Below are positions 14,898-27,584 of a DNA stretch of 64,000 nt, in pieces. Under the pieces are notes generated by a model. It was not told the DNA's origin, did no database searches, and saw only the letters and a list, made by a program, of their open reading frames with translations. Positions within the stretch are counted from its first letter, which is position 1, and the number at the start of each line of letters is the position of its first letter. This stretch comes from Ramazzottius varieornatus. Lineage: Eukaryota > Animalia > Tardigrada. Position numbers and translations under genes: made by a program. Where the stretch lies: positions 1-64,000 of the forward strand of contig BDGG01000008.1 of NCBI GenBank assembly GCA_001949185.1, given 5' to 3'.

Positions 14898-16944
14898 ATG
14901 GCTTACGCGAACGGTTCATCGAATGGCATTAAGATGGAGAATGGTTCCAGTGGTGATCAGATAACTGAGGATCCTATTGATAAACGGTAATTTTTCTATT
15001 CTTCATTCGAATATTATTAGTTTTCCGTTTGGTATTCGGTTGATTGGTGATTGAGTGGTTGGTAAGTAACAATTCCACTCTTCAAAAGCTGGGTCAGTGT
15101 CACATGCGGATCCGTATCCTGCTTCACAAAACGACATCCGGGTGGCTGAAAACAAGGATGAGCGACCGACGATGGTAACTATCAGCATATCAGGTTACGT
15201 TAATGTGGATACAACACGGTGAATCTTTTGTCGGATTTTCCAGTCGATTTGTCAAGGATGTTGTTGAAGATTTTCCTAAAGTCAACAGATCAGCGAGTTT
15301 CATGGATTCTTCTGACAGTTTTCGTCTTGGAGAAATTTGCCACCATTGACATTGATTGTCTTTCTCAGTGTTTCCCGATTCGATTGCCAAGTTTCCATCA
15401 AGCTTTCGTCCTCAGCGATTTTCCCAGCTTTTATTTCAGCGATTCACCGTTTTCTTTTCGTTTTCAGATTTTATACGAGCTGTGAGTCATTTTGGTCGTA
15501 GTCCTACTTGTCTAACGTTCGTTTCTCTATCCTGCAGAAAAGCCTTCGTCGGGGGATTGACGCCCGATACTACAGAAGAAGACCTCAAGACGTACTTCGG
15601 AACGTACGGTGAAGTGCAACATGCCGTCGTCAAAAGAGACCCGGCCAGCGGACGATCTCGGTGCTTCGCGTTTGTCACATTCGCTTACGCCGATGGTCTC
15701 ACAAAGGTTTGTCGAGTTGAATAAAGAGTTATTTTGGTTTTGCTGAGTTAGGATGCAGTGATTCTGATACTCGGTTTACTTTGCAGTGCTGTCAGCAAAG
15801 CACCCACACACTCAAGGGCAAGAAGATCGACCCCAAGCCTGCTGAACCTCGTCCTGGTGATGAGCAAGTCACGAAAATCTTCGTTGGTGGTATCGATACT
15901 TCCATGGAGGAGGAGGAACTCAAAGCTCATTTCGAGAAACACGGCAGAGTAAGTTGTCTCTGGCGTCTGAAGACTTCAGAATTACGGAAGAGAGGCGGTG
16001 CTCATTTCTGGGAAGAGAAGTAGTATAGAACGAAACGTGGAACACTCTTCGCTTCGTTTTCAGGTTAAGAATATCGAGTGGCCGAAGGACAGGTTACGGG
16101 ACGGAGCTAAGAAAAATTTCGCTTTTGTCGAGTTCGAAGACGCAAAAGTGGTGGAAGAACTGGTGAAGATACCCAAGCAGCAAGTTGGCAGTCGACAGGT
16201 ACTTTCGGTTAATTTGAGAGCTTTGGAGTTGGAATTTCCACGCAGAGAAAGCTTAAAGCTGAACATGACGTCCGTTCTTCTTTACAGTGTGACATAAGAA
16301 AGGCAGTTCCAGCCCAGCAAAAGCAACCACATCAATACCACGCGCAGGCCGATCCTTATGGTTCTGCTTACGGTGGATACAGTTCGTACGGAGCGGGTGC
16401 CTACGGTGGTGGTTATGGCGCCGCTGCTGCTTACGATCCCACCTACGCCAGCTACTATGCGTCCCAGGGATACGATCAGAGTGCGTATGCGGGGTACGCA
16501 GCTGCTGATCCAAACGCTGCAGCCACGGCCGCCTACGCTGGATATCCCGGGTACGACCAGTATGGTAACTACGACTACTCACAAGCTGGCTACGGAGCTG
16601 CCGATCCCAACGCAGCCTATGGAGCTTCTGCAGGTAAGCTCACGTTGAAACGCACTGTAATAATGATGAACTTGGAAGTATTGATGAAAACTCTTTCACG
16701 GCACGGCACTCTTCGGCGCAGTCTTTCAGACTCTAGGACGTGCCCGAAATGGTTTCTCTTGCGCAGTCCTTCGCGATGTTAGAAATCTAACTTATGCGGT
16801 GTTGTCGTAGGTTATGCCGCGCGAGGTGCTGTCAGACCACGAGGAGGTGGCCCGATGACTCGTGGAGCTACTCGACCAGGAGGTTTCGCAGGAGCTGGAG
16901 CGCGAGGAGCGTCCAGAGGCTACCATCCTTACCGTCGTGCTTAG
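14898..16944 (+). CDS. hnRNP A/B/D-type RNA-binding protein (squid/Hrp40-like)
   Basis: RRM1 KAFVGGL...RSRCFAFVTF, RRM2 KIFVGGI...KKNFAFVEF, Gly/Tyr/Ala-rich tail, RGG motifs and terminal RGYHPYRRA (PY-NLS-like). Confidence 0.9.
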
Positions 16945-17414
16945 ACTCAGTATAGTTCATTTCATTGGTCTTACAGCCCCTTTCTCGCTGTTGCGAGGTC
17001 CCGTTCTTGAAGTCGAACGTTGTCTATCCTTTTTCTTGTTGGTTCTAACGGGGGTATTGTTAGATCACGGCAAAGACTTCGTCGATGGAATTTGCAGTTC
17101 ACTTACGAGTACTGTTTCAATTTGGTTGTTGTTATTCGTGAGTGCAGATTGTACATTTCACTCCTTCAGCTTCATTCACGTGTGGCATTCTAGGACGCTA
17201 AGACATGGTCATTTTTTGTTAGTGAATATCGTCGAGTGAATATCGTCGATTTTTTTAGTGACCATGAAAATTAACTGCGAAACCAACAAGACAGAAAAGT
17301 TGATAATCAGGAAATTCCCATATACAGATAAAATATTAAAACTATCACAAGCTTTCAAAACTCCCAGACCAAGAAGCATTCCACCGCCTTCAAGGCATAC
17401 TTTTACGGTATATT

Positions 17415-18563
17415 CTACTTTAATTCGGACATTTTTTTTTCTAGCTCATCATTCAGCAGCTTAATGTCTTTCTCAACTTCCGGGTCTTTGCTTTTCTTTG
17501 CAGAGTCCATTGCTTTCTCCGCTGCTTCTCTGGCTGATTTTACATCTCCATTTTGGGCATAGATCTGAGCTAAGTTCAGGTAGAAATGGCTCAGACTCCA
17601 ATGCTCCGATGTGACAGCCAACTTGATCGTTTCTGTCGCGACAGCAATCGCATCTTCTATCCTATTCTGCCAGCTATACAGGGTGGATAGGTTCGAAGCT
17701 AACGTCTGATACGCTTCCGACCCTGTCTGTCCTAACTGTTGAACCTTCTCGAGACCCATTTCGATCAAGTCGGCAGCTTCGAGGACGGAGTCTTCGGCCT
17801 TGTCTTCAAACGAAAGGAGGAACTCACTTCCCCACTGAATCACTTTCAGGAAAAGATCAACTACTTCCTCCTTCTTTTCCTCAGTGAGGTTGGACATGGA
17901 AGTTTCTAGCTTCTGAAGACAGAAATCAAAACCTGCTTTCGCTTTTTCGTACTGATCTGTCAAGCCATATATTCGCGCGAGCTTCGCGGACACCTCGATG
18001 ATGCCTTCAGAGTCTTGTGGTTTCCCCAAAGCCAGTTCGCGCTTGATGACTTCCTTGAAGACTGTCTCGGCTTGTTCATACTTTTGCTGCTCGAAGTAAA
18101 GGTTGGCGAGAAGGTCCAGAATGTACACTTCACCTTGAAGACAAACCCTTAGACGCAACCGGAAAAAAGAAGAGCTCCATTCTAAGCTTAGTATCTTACC
18201 TCTTTGCTCACCAATCTGACGTGCACCAGCAAGAGCCAGGTGGAGGATATCCTCTGCCTCTTTAAACTTTTCGTCCCGTAGAAATAGTATGCCGCGTTTG
18301 ATGTTGAGAATCATCTCGTCATGAAGCTGCTTCCGCTGGCCCTGAAAAACAGTCCAGTTACGTAGTATGAATATACAGTGCCATGTTGTCTTTCACTTCC
18401 GGTGCTATACTTCGCTGATGACAGGGGTGTTCGTCGACAAAAGTATAGCTTCACCAATACTGCCGTATAGCAGAGCTCGTCCTGACCATGATTGTGTATT
18501 GGGTTTGGCAACGTTGCGGCTTCCTAGATACCTTCGCCATCGGTGAAGTCCATTCCTCTTCAT
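17415..18563 (-). CDS. TTC19: Tetratricopeptide repeat protein 19-like (mitochondrial complex III assembly)
   Basis: IKRGIL...EAEDILHLAL, YILDLLANLYF...AETVFKEVIKR and IIEVSAKLARIY...AKAGFDFC match the TTC19 TPR pattern. The start may lie further upstream (up to about 18920). Confidence 0.78.
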
Positions 18564-19079
18564 GGGGCTGTCAACTACCACCTATGGACAGACAGCAGTC
18601 AGTGCGCACGGAGTTCTCATTTACATAAAGGCATCACTTACACGATTCATTGACCTGTGGAAGATCCTTTCTGTAAGTTGTCGCACAGCAGTAGGAAGTT
18701 CTAGACCATCGGCATGACGACAACTGGACATAACGGAGCGAAAGATACCCCGTCCAACACTCATGATGAGCTGTCGGATCCCCCGATGTCGGCCGGCGTA
18801 AGCTCACTATCAAAAACCGATCCTCACGGCTGTGCAGAACACAGAAGATTTTGGATGATACGAGCTGGTAAGAACGATGAAGGAGACCCGGAAGATGGAT
18901 GAGAAAGGAAGATGCATCATACATCACTTCCGGTCCACTTTCAATCAACAATCAAGGTACTCGGCCCTATAAACATCCCGATCAGTGATGTGGATTGTGA
19001 AAACTAGAATGTGGACTGGATAGTCGAATTTGCATTGCGAGAGCGCCACCTATAGGCCTGCTCAGTAGCGCACAGAATA

Positions 19080-19552
19080 GTCCTCCTCGCGACGAGCTGT
19101 TTATGTTGCAAACGGTTGATTTAAAGTTTGAGTTTACTTGATCAACGGAAATTAGTCGTGAGTGAGGCAAAATCGCGTTTTTCCAAAGTCTCGGAAACGG
19201 GAGCGGAAATGCGCAAGTTTTGCGGGGTAGGTTTGTAGGCAAACTTTGCCTCCTGCCTAGGCTGAAATTCATGGTTTTCTTTCTGGCTAATCTCTGTCTG
19301 TCGATATCCCCGACACTAATAGGTATCAAGAAGCCCATACGTGAAACGATATCTCGCAACGTGAAGCACTGTGCAGACAGAGATTAGCTGAAAATGAAAA
19401 TTTGAAATTTTGAGTCAAGTGTGCAGAGAATAATCCGTTTTCGCTTTCAAGATAAGCCACTCGAGGGCTGCTTATCTTGAAAGCGAAACGTCGTAATCCA
19501 CTTTCAAGATCAACACAATCAACGGAGTTTTACGGCCTGTCGTGAGGAGGGC
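19080..19552 (-). mobile_element. About 470-bp MITE, copy B (inverted relative to 7475-7943)
   Basis: Reverse complement of copy A with a few substitutions and a 4-bp duplication (GTGA). TA flanks. Confidence 0.9.
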
Positions 19553-19583
19553 TAATGAATCATAGACCGCTTGAGTCATTGTA

Positions 19584-19993
19584 CAGCCCGCCCAAGTCAA
19601 CTTGCAGCCACTCATTTTAGCAAAGCTGGCTGCCTCCTGGAAAAGTTATCGTCATTTTTCGGTCCGTTTTCGAAAAATTGTTTTTCAGTTTTCCGTTGGC
19701 ATCTCGCGGTACGGTTGCCCTGAACAATTGAAACAAACGTTGAACAAAAGGAGAAGTGGCTGGAAGCGCAAATCAACCGTTCTGGAAAACAGTTAGAAAT
19801 TTTGCTGAAAACGAGTTCTCCCGGCAAAACGGCCATATTCGACGGTTTTAAATCGTTTGTCAAGTTCGCTTGCACCTTTTCTGGTCTTTCTCGATTCTTT
19901 TCGGCTATTAGAATCGTTACATGTTTGTTTACATCAATGTCAGAATAAGAACTCAAGCATGAAATTTTTTAGACTGCGATTGACCCCTGGCTG
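19584..19993. mobile_element. Old Tc1/mariner-like MITE
   Basis: TA-CAGCC...GTCAA..GCAG and CTGCGATTGAC...GGCTG-TA degenerate termini around an AT-rich interior. Confidence 0.5.
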
Positions 19994-20018
19994 TATGTCT
20001 TCCCGACCGGAAGTGATA

Positions 20019-21400
20019 CTAGTCAAGTTTTTCCAATAGCTTGTCACCATAACTGAATGAATCATAGCTCAGTTGAAGCAGCTTGCACAGTTGTGTGGAG
20101 AAAGGGGAAGCACTAACGGGAATGTACAGTAGCATTCTGAAATATTCCTCGTCGAAATCCCAGGTGGTAGCAAGTTGGCTTGGGCAGGGTGTAATAGTAG
20201 AAAGCTGTTCAGCCATTCTAATCTAAGCCCCTAAATTGGGGCAAAATATAGCGGAAGATCAAAGGGACGGTTTTTGACATGTCGTAGCTGAAAATGTGGA
20301 CCTCTTGGCTGATCGCGAAGTGGTGTGGAAGTACGTTCTCCTGGACGAGAGCGTCTTCATCAAATGTTCCAGCACCACCCGTAAAGCTGACTAAAGCAAG
20401 GTAATGCGCTCGATCTTGCATCTCGACGCCGGTCAAAGATTCTTCCGCTTTTCGTTTTCTTTGCCGCTTGTCATCGAGACTGAGTCGGCCAGCTTCTGTT
20501 TCGGCTTCTGTTTCACTTCCGTTTTTCCGCAACCTGTACTTCCGGTTCCCGTGTTAGCGTGTGGCTTCACTGTCGTAGATGACGGTCCCTTTCCGGTGAC
20601 TGGCTACTATGGAGCTGATGTTCGCGGTCTCGACGTTGTCCATAGTCGCAATCATGCCATCGTTGGTTCCTTCCGTGTTCTGCTCGACTTTCTCGACCAT
20701 TACGACTGCTGCGACGTTCGTTCGTCTTGGCGACTCTCTCGACCGAAGGGCACACCAAACTTTTTTCCAAACCGAAAATTGTTTAGTCACTTGGTTGGTT
20801 CAGAGGGGTGGTCCTGTCACTCTAACTAGGTAGCTGACAAGATGCATGGTTTTCATCAAACGCCGGTTTTTGCCTCCATGAGAAACAAGCAACAGCTCCA
20901 CTCCGACCGAACAGTGGAGCTGTTTTTGACCTTTCGATCCTTGGTGTCAAAATAACGATAGAAGCTGCATCTCTGCGTTTAAAACCCAAAGTTCGACTGA
21001 GGTTTGGCCGCGAAGCGACGCCAGGCCACCGGACGACTCGATTGACACAGCCTGGCCTAGCATCAGGTTCGGACACTTTACCTTGCGTGTGACAGAATGT
21101 TTTGAGAACGTGTTCGCCATGCGGAATAGCGTGGTTGAGACGTGACTAGCATTGCTCTCCATAACACAGTTCCCGATTCGGAGCAGGTGGGAAGCGATTT
21201 GCCGATACTAGGCAAGTAGGCCTCACGCTACAGCCTGAAATATAGTGGCCCTGGATCGGAATGCGGAAGTTATATTCCGCCCATGGGGAAGAGTTGCTTT
21301 CTTCGAGTAATCGAGTTCGATGCGTACCAGGTCCAGGTGACGTGTTTTTCATTCCCATCAGGCATCAGCCATCATCTGGATTTAAAGGTCCGACTTTGGT
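20019..21400 (-). pseudogene. Possible decayed coding region of unknown family
   Basis: Chain of abutting protein-like minus-strand ORFs (20554-20790, 20218-20532, 20019-20216) broken by stops or frameshifts, with some splice-like sites upstream. No family recognised. Confidence 0.3.
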
Positions 21401-22398
21401 TGAGCTTTGTCATGTGGTTATTGACGATGTCGATCTCACGTTCGAAGTTTTGTTAAAGTATTAAGCTCATGGCGGACCTCGACAGCAAGTGGCATGAAAG
21501 ACCTTCCAAGTCGCGAGTAATAAAGTGAAGAAAGCTGTTGGCTCCCTCAATGGCCGCTCTGCAACCGTTTTCAGCGTTCGTGAACAACACTCGTACACAA
21601 TGGTCTTTAACTGTCGCTTCGGGCTAACGAATTTCTCTGATTTCAGGTTTTCTGATCTATATGCTCGCAATAAATTCTTTTTCAAAAGTGCACGTTTCCG
21701 ACGAAAATCCAAGTGGGTACTTTCTTCTGTTGCAAGTTTCTCTCGCACTGTAATTGTACGATAGAACTTTTGGACACGCGCCATATGTCGGCTTAGCTTC
21801 TAACGAAGCTCCGCCAGAGAAAGCCGCTATAGCCATATATAATCATTATCTTTGCGGCGTTATCAGCTTTACGATTTCGAATTCGCCCTAATTTCTATCG
21901 TCTTCTCACTAGGTTTCAGATAACTACTGTAAGCACGCTCTACAACCAACTGCAAGCGGGCTCGACGCGAGCGTTTCTTGGCTGTCTTGAGTTTATCTCC
22001 GTCTCAAGGCGCTGGAACTCAAGGTAGGTCCGCGTCTCCAGTATTTGTTTATGGCCTATTTGGAATATTTCCACGTTTGATAGGCTAGATGGCGATAAAT
22101 CGAAAAGTGAAAAGAGCGTGATATGTATGAGTCAAGCTTGCTTAGGTTTTTGATGGATCGTACCTGAGACGTTATGGGTTTAGTGTATCTAAACGAAGTC
22201 CATCTGGTACAGCGAAGACATGTTGGCGACCCATCCTTCTTCTTGGCATTACCCGATCCTTCGAGCATGTAGACTTAGAAAACAACCAATAAATTTTCGC
22301 CTTTCTCCAACCGTCAATCGGGTTCACTCCTCTGAAACTTCGTTTCGGACACGGACTACAGATAATCGGAGTCTCTCAGGGAAACCCACGCCGCCAGG

Positions 22399-25300
22399 AT
22401 GCCTTCCGGTTAGTATCGTGCAAAACATAGAAGCTATCGCTTTGATTTCGGGCTGAGGCTATTTTGGGGTCTTCAACTGATCTGATTTAACACTAGGTGA
22501 CGTGCAATTATGATCTGGTTGATCAACGAATCTCATTTGCAGATTTCAAGGCTGGCTCCCGGGAAACCCTCCACGACAGCGATGTCCGGCCGCTGTTTTG
22601 CGAGATGCTGGAACTTCGCCCTGGCCAGTCGGTGTGGAGAGAAACTGCGAGGTATGCCTGATGCACGGTCCGAGCTCAAGCTGTGTATATTGGCTGTATT
22701 CTGGGTAATATAGATGGGTAAAGTTCGAAGAGGATGTGGAAGAGCACGGCAACAGGTGGTCGAAACCCTTCGTGGCTTCTTTGTCACTTCACGCGTTGAT
22801 GGAGCTACGAAACGGTCTCTCCAACAGCTCGTTGCTGTTGGAGATGGAGACCGGGTCCCTGGTCGAGATGTGGAACATTCTGGTCAACAGCTGGGTCCAG
22901 ACCGGCCAGATTCCGGGAAGCTTTCACGAAGCACTGGTGGCGACCTTACTGCAGCCGTATCGACATCAGCACCAACAGAGACTGAAGAAGAAAAGCGTCG
23001 ACACCTTGGAGACCCATGACAGTGAGGTAAAAGACAAAGACACGCGAGCTATGAGTGTGGCTTCCGTTGATTCTGTGGCTTCTATGAGCTCGCTGGCTAC
23101 ACTAACCGACGATGATCTGGGAACCGAGAACTCCAAGGTTTGCACTAACACTAACTAACTGCATTAACCTCAACACGCTTTCTAACAGCTCACTAACCGG
23201 AAAGAACCATTTTTGAACTGGCAAACTCTACGATAACATTTGAATATGCGGATTGATTTGGTTAGCCAAACAAGCGGTTCCTGAAGAAGCTGACTTCCGG
23301 TTCGGAAGCCGCCGCTATTCTGTGTGCTGAGTTGGAGTTTATTCGTCGGCCACTCTATGGGTTCATCAAGATGCGAGAAGCCATCCCGTTCAGGAACCTC
23401 ACGGAGGTGAAGGTGCCGGTACGATACGTCTTCGTGGCACTGACGCCCAAGACCCAAGGCAATAAAGTTAGGGAGCTCGGAAGAACCATGGGGACGCTGT
23501 TTTCCGACGAAGTAAGAAAGTGGAGTCTGTCTCAAGTTTCTTCTGCTTTTATGTCTGATCAATTTGAAATTAAACGCTATTTGTTGGCAGCTTTTCCAGC
23601 ATGCAGTCTTTCGAGCGGCCAATCGAGAGGACTTACTGGCGGCTGTCGACGACTTTATGGGTTCGTCGACGGTGCTGCCGCCTGGTGAATGGAACCCGGA
23701 AATTCGCATTGAACCTCCGACGCAGATTCCCACCACGGAAGCTCGACAACTGGAAAAGCGCTTGCGTCAAGGCTATGATGAGGAACAAGCGGAGATTCTG
23801 CACGAAAGTCACGGCGCAGACATCCGAAGAACCGGCAGGTAAGAAGACAAAAAGCAACGAAATGGAGAAAAAGGTAGTATAGACTGATTTCCGATTTTAG
23901 GTTTTGCGGAGGCATCATCGACGACTGCAAACGCAAAGCCAAGTTCTACGTGGCCGACTTCAGGGATGCTTTCCACATTCAGAGTATTGCCTCCATCATT
24001 TTCTTGTACTTCGCTTCGATGACGCCACTGGTTACTTTTGGAGGACTGATGAGTACCCTGCTGAAAGGAAGAATGGTAAGCAGTAAATCGAATTTCGCTT
24101 TCGGTTTTGATTTACATCTTTCACTAAACAGAAATGGTATCTTCTTTTTGCTTAGGGAGCAATGGAAACAATTCTTGGACGAGCCATATCCGGAGTCTTC
24201 TGGTCCTTCACTGCCGGTCAGCCAATGGTCATCCTTGGTAGTACCGGTCCTATCCTGGTGTTCGAAGTCATCATCTTCAACTTGTGCGAGTAAGTTCTTT
24301 AAACGACCATGACTACCGGTTCTTAACGTAATTTTACCACACAACTGTAAACGCAGGACAAGAAATTATGGCCAGACGGAAAAGACGGCAAAATGAAAAT
24401 TGAAGCGTAGGAAACTGTCGGAAAGTGCATTCATGTGAAACAGCCGGGTACGCACATGCTTCCGTACCGCCCTGGCGAAAAGGCCTGGTCCATAAATACT
24501 GGCCTATAATTTCTCGTCGTGCGTGTACTGAAGTTAGAACTTGTAAACAAAGCAGCTAGCTTTTCTGTTCTTTATGCTATCAGTATAACGGTGAATAACA
24601 GTTTATGATTCTAGGCAATGGGGTATAGAATACTTGGGATTCCGCGTATGGATTGGTATATGGTCAGGCGTCATTTTACTGTTCATGGTCGCGTTCGATT
24701 CGAGTTATTTGGTAAGCGGATACTTCACCAAGGGAAGCTTTCTTTTCAATCAGAAAAGTATCATTTGTAGGTTGGCTACATCACTCGTTTCACCGAAGAA
24801 AGTTTCGCCGCCTTGGTGTCGGCTATCTTCGTGTACGAGGCCATTAAGAAGTGCCTGCATATTGCCGAAGAGAGACCGATAAGGACGAACCCGGCCATCA
24901 ATCCTGATAACTCTCACCTGTGTGACTGCCTGACACCCGAGAACGATACCATACCCTTCAGTGATAACTTCACCCGCTTGAACTGCTCAGCGTGGAACGG
25001 GACTTTGACTGGCCCAGGTTGCAAGACGCCCGTCTATGTCCCGGACGCGTTTCTGCTGTCCCTCTGCCTCTTCTTCGGCACCTTCATCATGTCCAGGCTC
25101 CTGAAAGGACTTCGAACTTCCGGTTACTTCCCAACACGAGTTCGATCGATCATCAGCGACTTCGCGGTCATCATCAGTATCGCCACATTCGTCTTGATTG
25201 ACTACAGTCTTGGGCTTCCGACACCTAAGCTGTGGGTCCCCAATGAGTTCAAGGTACCGCATACCAAAACAAAAAAAATGGAAAGTTATACAGTATAAGG

Positions 25301-27251
25301 ATGGGAAACAATAAACCAAAACCTGAGAGTTGAGCAAGGAAAGGAATTATAAAAATCACAATATGGGAGCTTGGCAAAGAATGTGACCAGATGGTTTCCT
25401 CAAGTGGCGCACCACCTTGTTCGCCTCTCGGTCGTTGGCTCCCGGCGCAGTTGGGCGTGGAATATCGAAATCACTGTGGGCCCACCAATAAAGTCGAAGG
25501 CGTGCATTACTTGGGAATTTAGTCTGGTCGAGTTTTCTCGCCAAGCTTCCATAGACGTTACCAGCATAATTACGGACCTTGGTTTATGGTATGTTCCCTT
25601 TGTAGCCAACCTTGCCTGAAAGAGAAGAATGGATCGTGCCGTTCTTCGGCCAGAATCCATGGTGGACCTCTTTAGCTGCTTTCGTGCCTGGACTCCTTGC
25701 CACCATCCTGATCTTCATGGATCAGCAGATTACCACTGTGATTGTCAGCAGGAAGGAGAACAAGCTGAAACACGGGATCGGGTACCACCTAGACCTCTTC
25801 GTCGTCGCCATTCTGACTGCCGTTCTGTCGATGATTGGGTGTGTACCTCTTACGTCATCCATGATGTCCTTTCTACCGCACGCACAGTGTAAAAACTTCT
25901 TGGTTCACAGCATGCCATGGATGATCGCTGACACCGTACTCAGCCTGACCCATTCGAGCAGTCTGCGAAAGGAGTCCGAAGTAGCTGCACCTGGCGAGAA
26001 ACCCACGTTCCTTGGTATTCGAGAGAACCGCGTCACCAACTTGATCATTTCCATCTTGATCGGCGTTTCCGTTTTCCTCAGCAAGTTCTTACAGGTACCC
26101 ACAGTCCCCAGTCATAAACGGGAACGTCGGCAAATGGATCCACCCAGGCCATTTTTCCAAGTGGCGCATGCTCTTTGCCAGTAACACGAATAACGGGCGG
26201 CAGTCGAGATAACTAGATAACGAAATCATTTGCCGACGTCCCAACTGCACCGATAGGCAGTTTCGTTCAGACAGCGTGTTCTGATTTTGACGCTACTTTT
26301 ACCTTCTAGTTAATACCTATGCCAGTGCTGTTCGGTGTCTTCCTCTTCATGGGTTCGAACGCATTACTCGGTCTCCAAGTAAGCTCACCACAATTCGATC
26401 TTTTCGCACTTAATTGGTAATGTGGGTTGAAACATCACCTGAGACTTTGCCTTACAGTTTACGGACCGAATGCTGCTGGTATTCATGCCGCTGAAGTACC
26501 AGCCGAACTACATCTACCTTCGTCACGTCCAGATCAGTCGTGTCCATCTCTTCACCTTGATCCAGCTGTTGTGCCTTGCCACTCTGTGGGTTCTCAAGTC
26601 CTTCCAGCAAACAGCTATGCTGTTCCCAGTCATGGTAAAAATGACCAAGCTTCCCACAGGAACACCTGCACAGCATAGCGTTCTAAAACAGTATATTTTC
26701 ATTTCCGGTCTACAGGTGGGGGCCTTAGTAGCGGTTAGGATGCTCCTCGACAAGGTTTTTAAGCAGGAAGAGCTGAAGTACCTCGACGACTTGATGCCGG
26801 AAACCACCAGGCGAAAGCTGGAAGAGCCGGATGTCAACGAAATCGAGGTACGTCTTCCAGGTTCTTTAAACTATGCTTTGCAAGTTCAAGCTTTAATGCC
26901 CTATTCTTTCGAACATTCAGTACTTCAAGCCAGACCATACCGGAATGGTAAGGATACCCCTTCCGAACGGAAACGCCCTTACGATTCCAGTAGGAACCAT
27001 TAGTCGCCGGACGTCCATCGTACCCTTCTCAAAGTCCGTGGAAAAGACCACCATATGGCGCAAGCTGTCAACGGACCTGCTGGACGAAACAACACAAAAG
27101 AACGGTGGACTTGCCTCTGCGCAGTAAGTGAACGTCCGTTTGATGCGTTCTATTTTATGGAATCATGATCCAAAAATTTACAGCCTTTTTTGCCAGATGG
27201 TCAAAGCGCGACCCTGAACCGGCTGAAACGAAACATTTGCTCAAAGACTAA
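22399..27251 (+). CDS. SLC4 bicarbonate transporter (Na+-coupled NBC/NDAE-like), many exons
   Basis: WRETARWVKFEEDVE, WSKPFVASLSLH, TVLPPGEWNP, ILGSTGPILVFE, TRFTEESFAALV, ILIFMDQQITTVIVSRKENKLK, GIRENRVT and IPMPVLFGVFLFMG. Start and last exon inferred from splice phase. Confidence 0.95.
24345..24530. mobile_element. Intronic MITE-like palindrome in SLC4
   Basis: ACGCAGGACAAGAAATTATGGCCAG / CTGGCCTATAATTTCTCGTCGTGCGT imperfect inverted arms. Confidence 0.65.
25362..25553. repeat. Intronic palindromic element, copy 5 (expanded spacer)
   Basis: AGTGGCGCAC (25403-25412) and GTGCATTACT (25502-25511), spacer 89 nt still containing CCAATA. Outer arms AGCTTGGC/GCCAAGCT and GACCAGA/TCTGGTC. Confidence 0.8.
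26115..26245. repeat. Intronic palindromic element, copy 6
   Basis: AGTGGCGCAT (26160-26169), 25 nt, GGGCGGCAGT (26195-26204). Perfect outer arms ACGTCGGCAAATG (26124-26136) / CATTTGCCGACGT (26227-26239). Confidence 0.85.
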
Positions 27252-27584
27252 TAACAGGAGATCTTTGTAGTTTTATGGACGAAACTTGTTTGTGCGCCAA
27301 ACCATTATCCGTGTGTGAGTGCCTTCTACCATCTTTGCTCAGTTTTACGTCCTGGTTTGCAGTGTTCCAGTGTACACAATCTGTAATAGCCAATCTCTTT
27401 GGTAACACGTTCCGGTGAAGGATCGCTTTCTTAACCTTTACTGTCCACCCTGATTACTTCCTTGTTGGTTATCGCTCAATAAAATCGATTTACATGACGG
27501 TTGGTGGAGTCTCCATGCCATTGTTTCATTGTGACGATAAGGGCGCATTTTGTTTCCGGTTCAAACTGACAAGACACCTGAGCA

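Noticed and set aside
17221-17248. 14-bp tandem duplication AGTGAATATCGTCG in the hnRNP 3' region
   Set aside because: Simple local duplication with no further evidence of function.
21468-21817. Possible old hAT-like MITE (TGGCGGA / TCCGCCA ends)
   Set aside because: Inverted match too short and degenerate, with no TSD or second copy.
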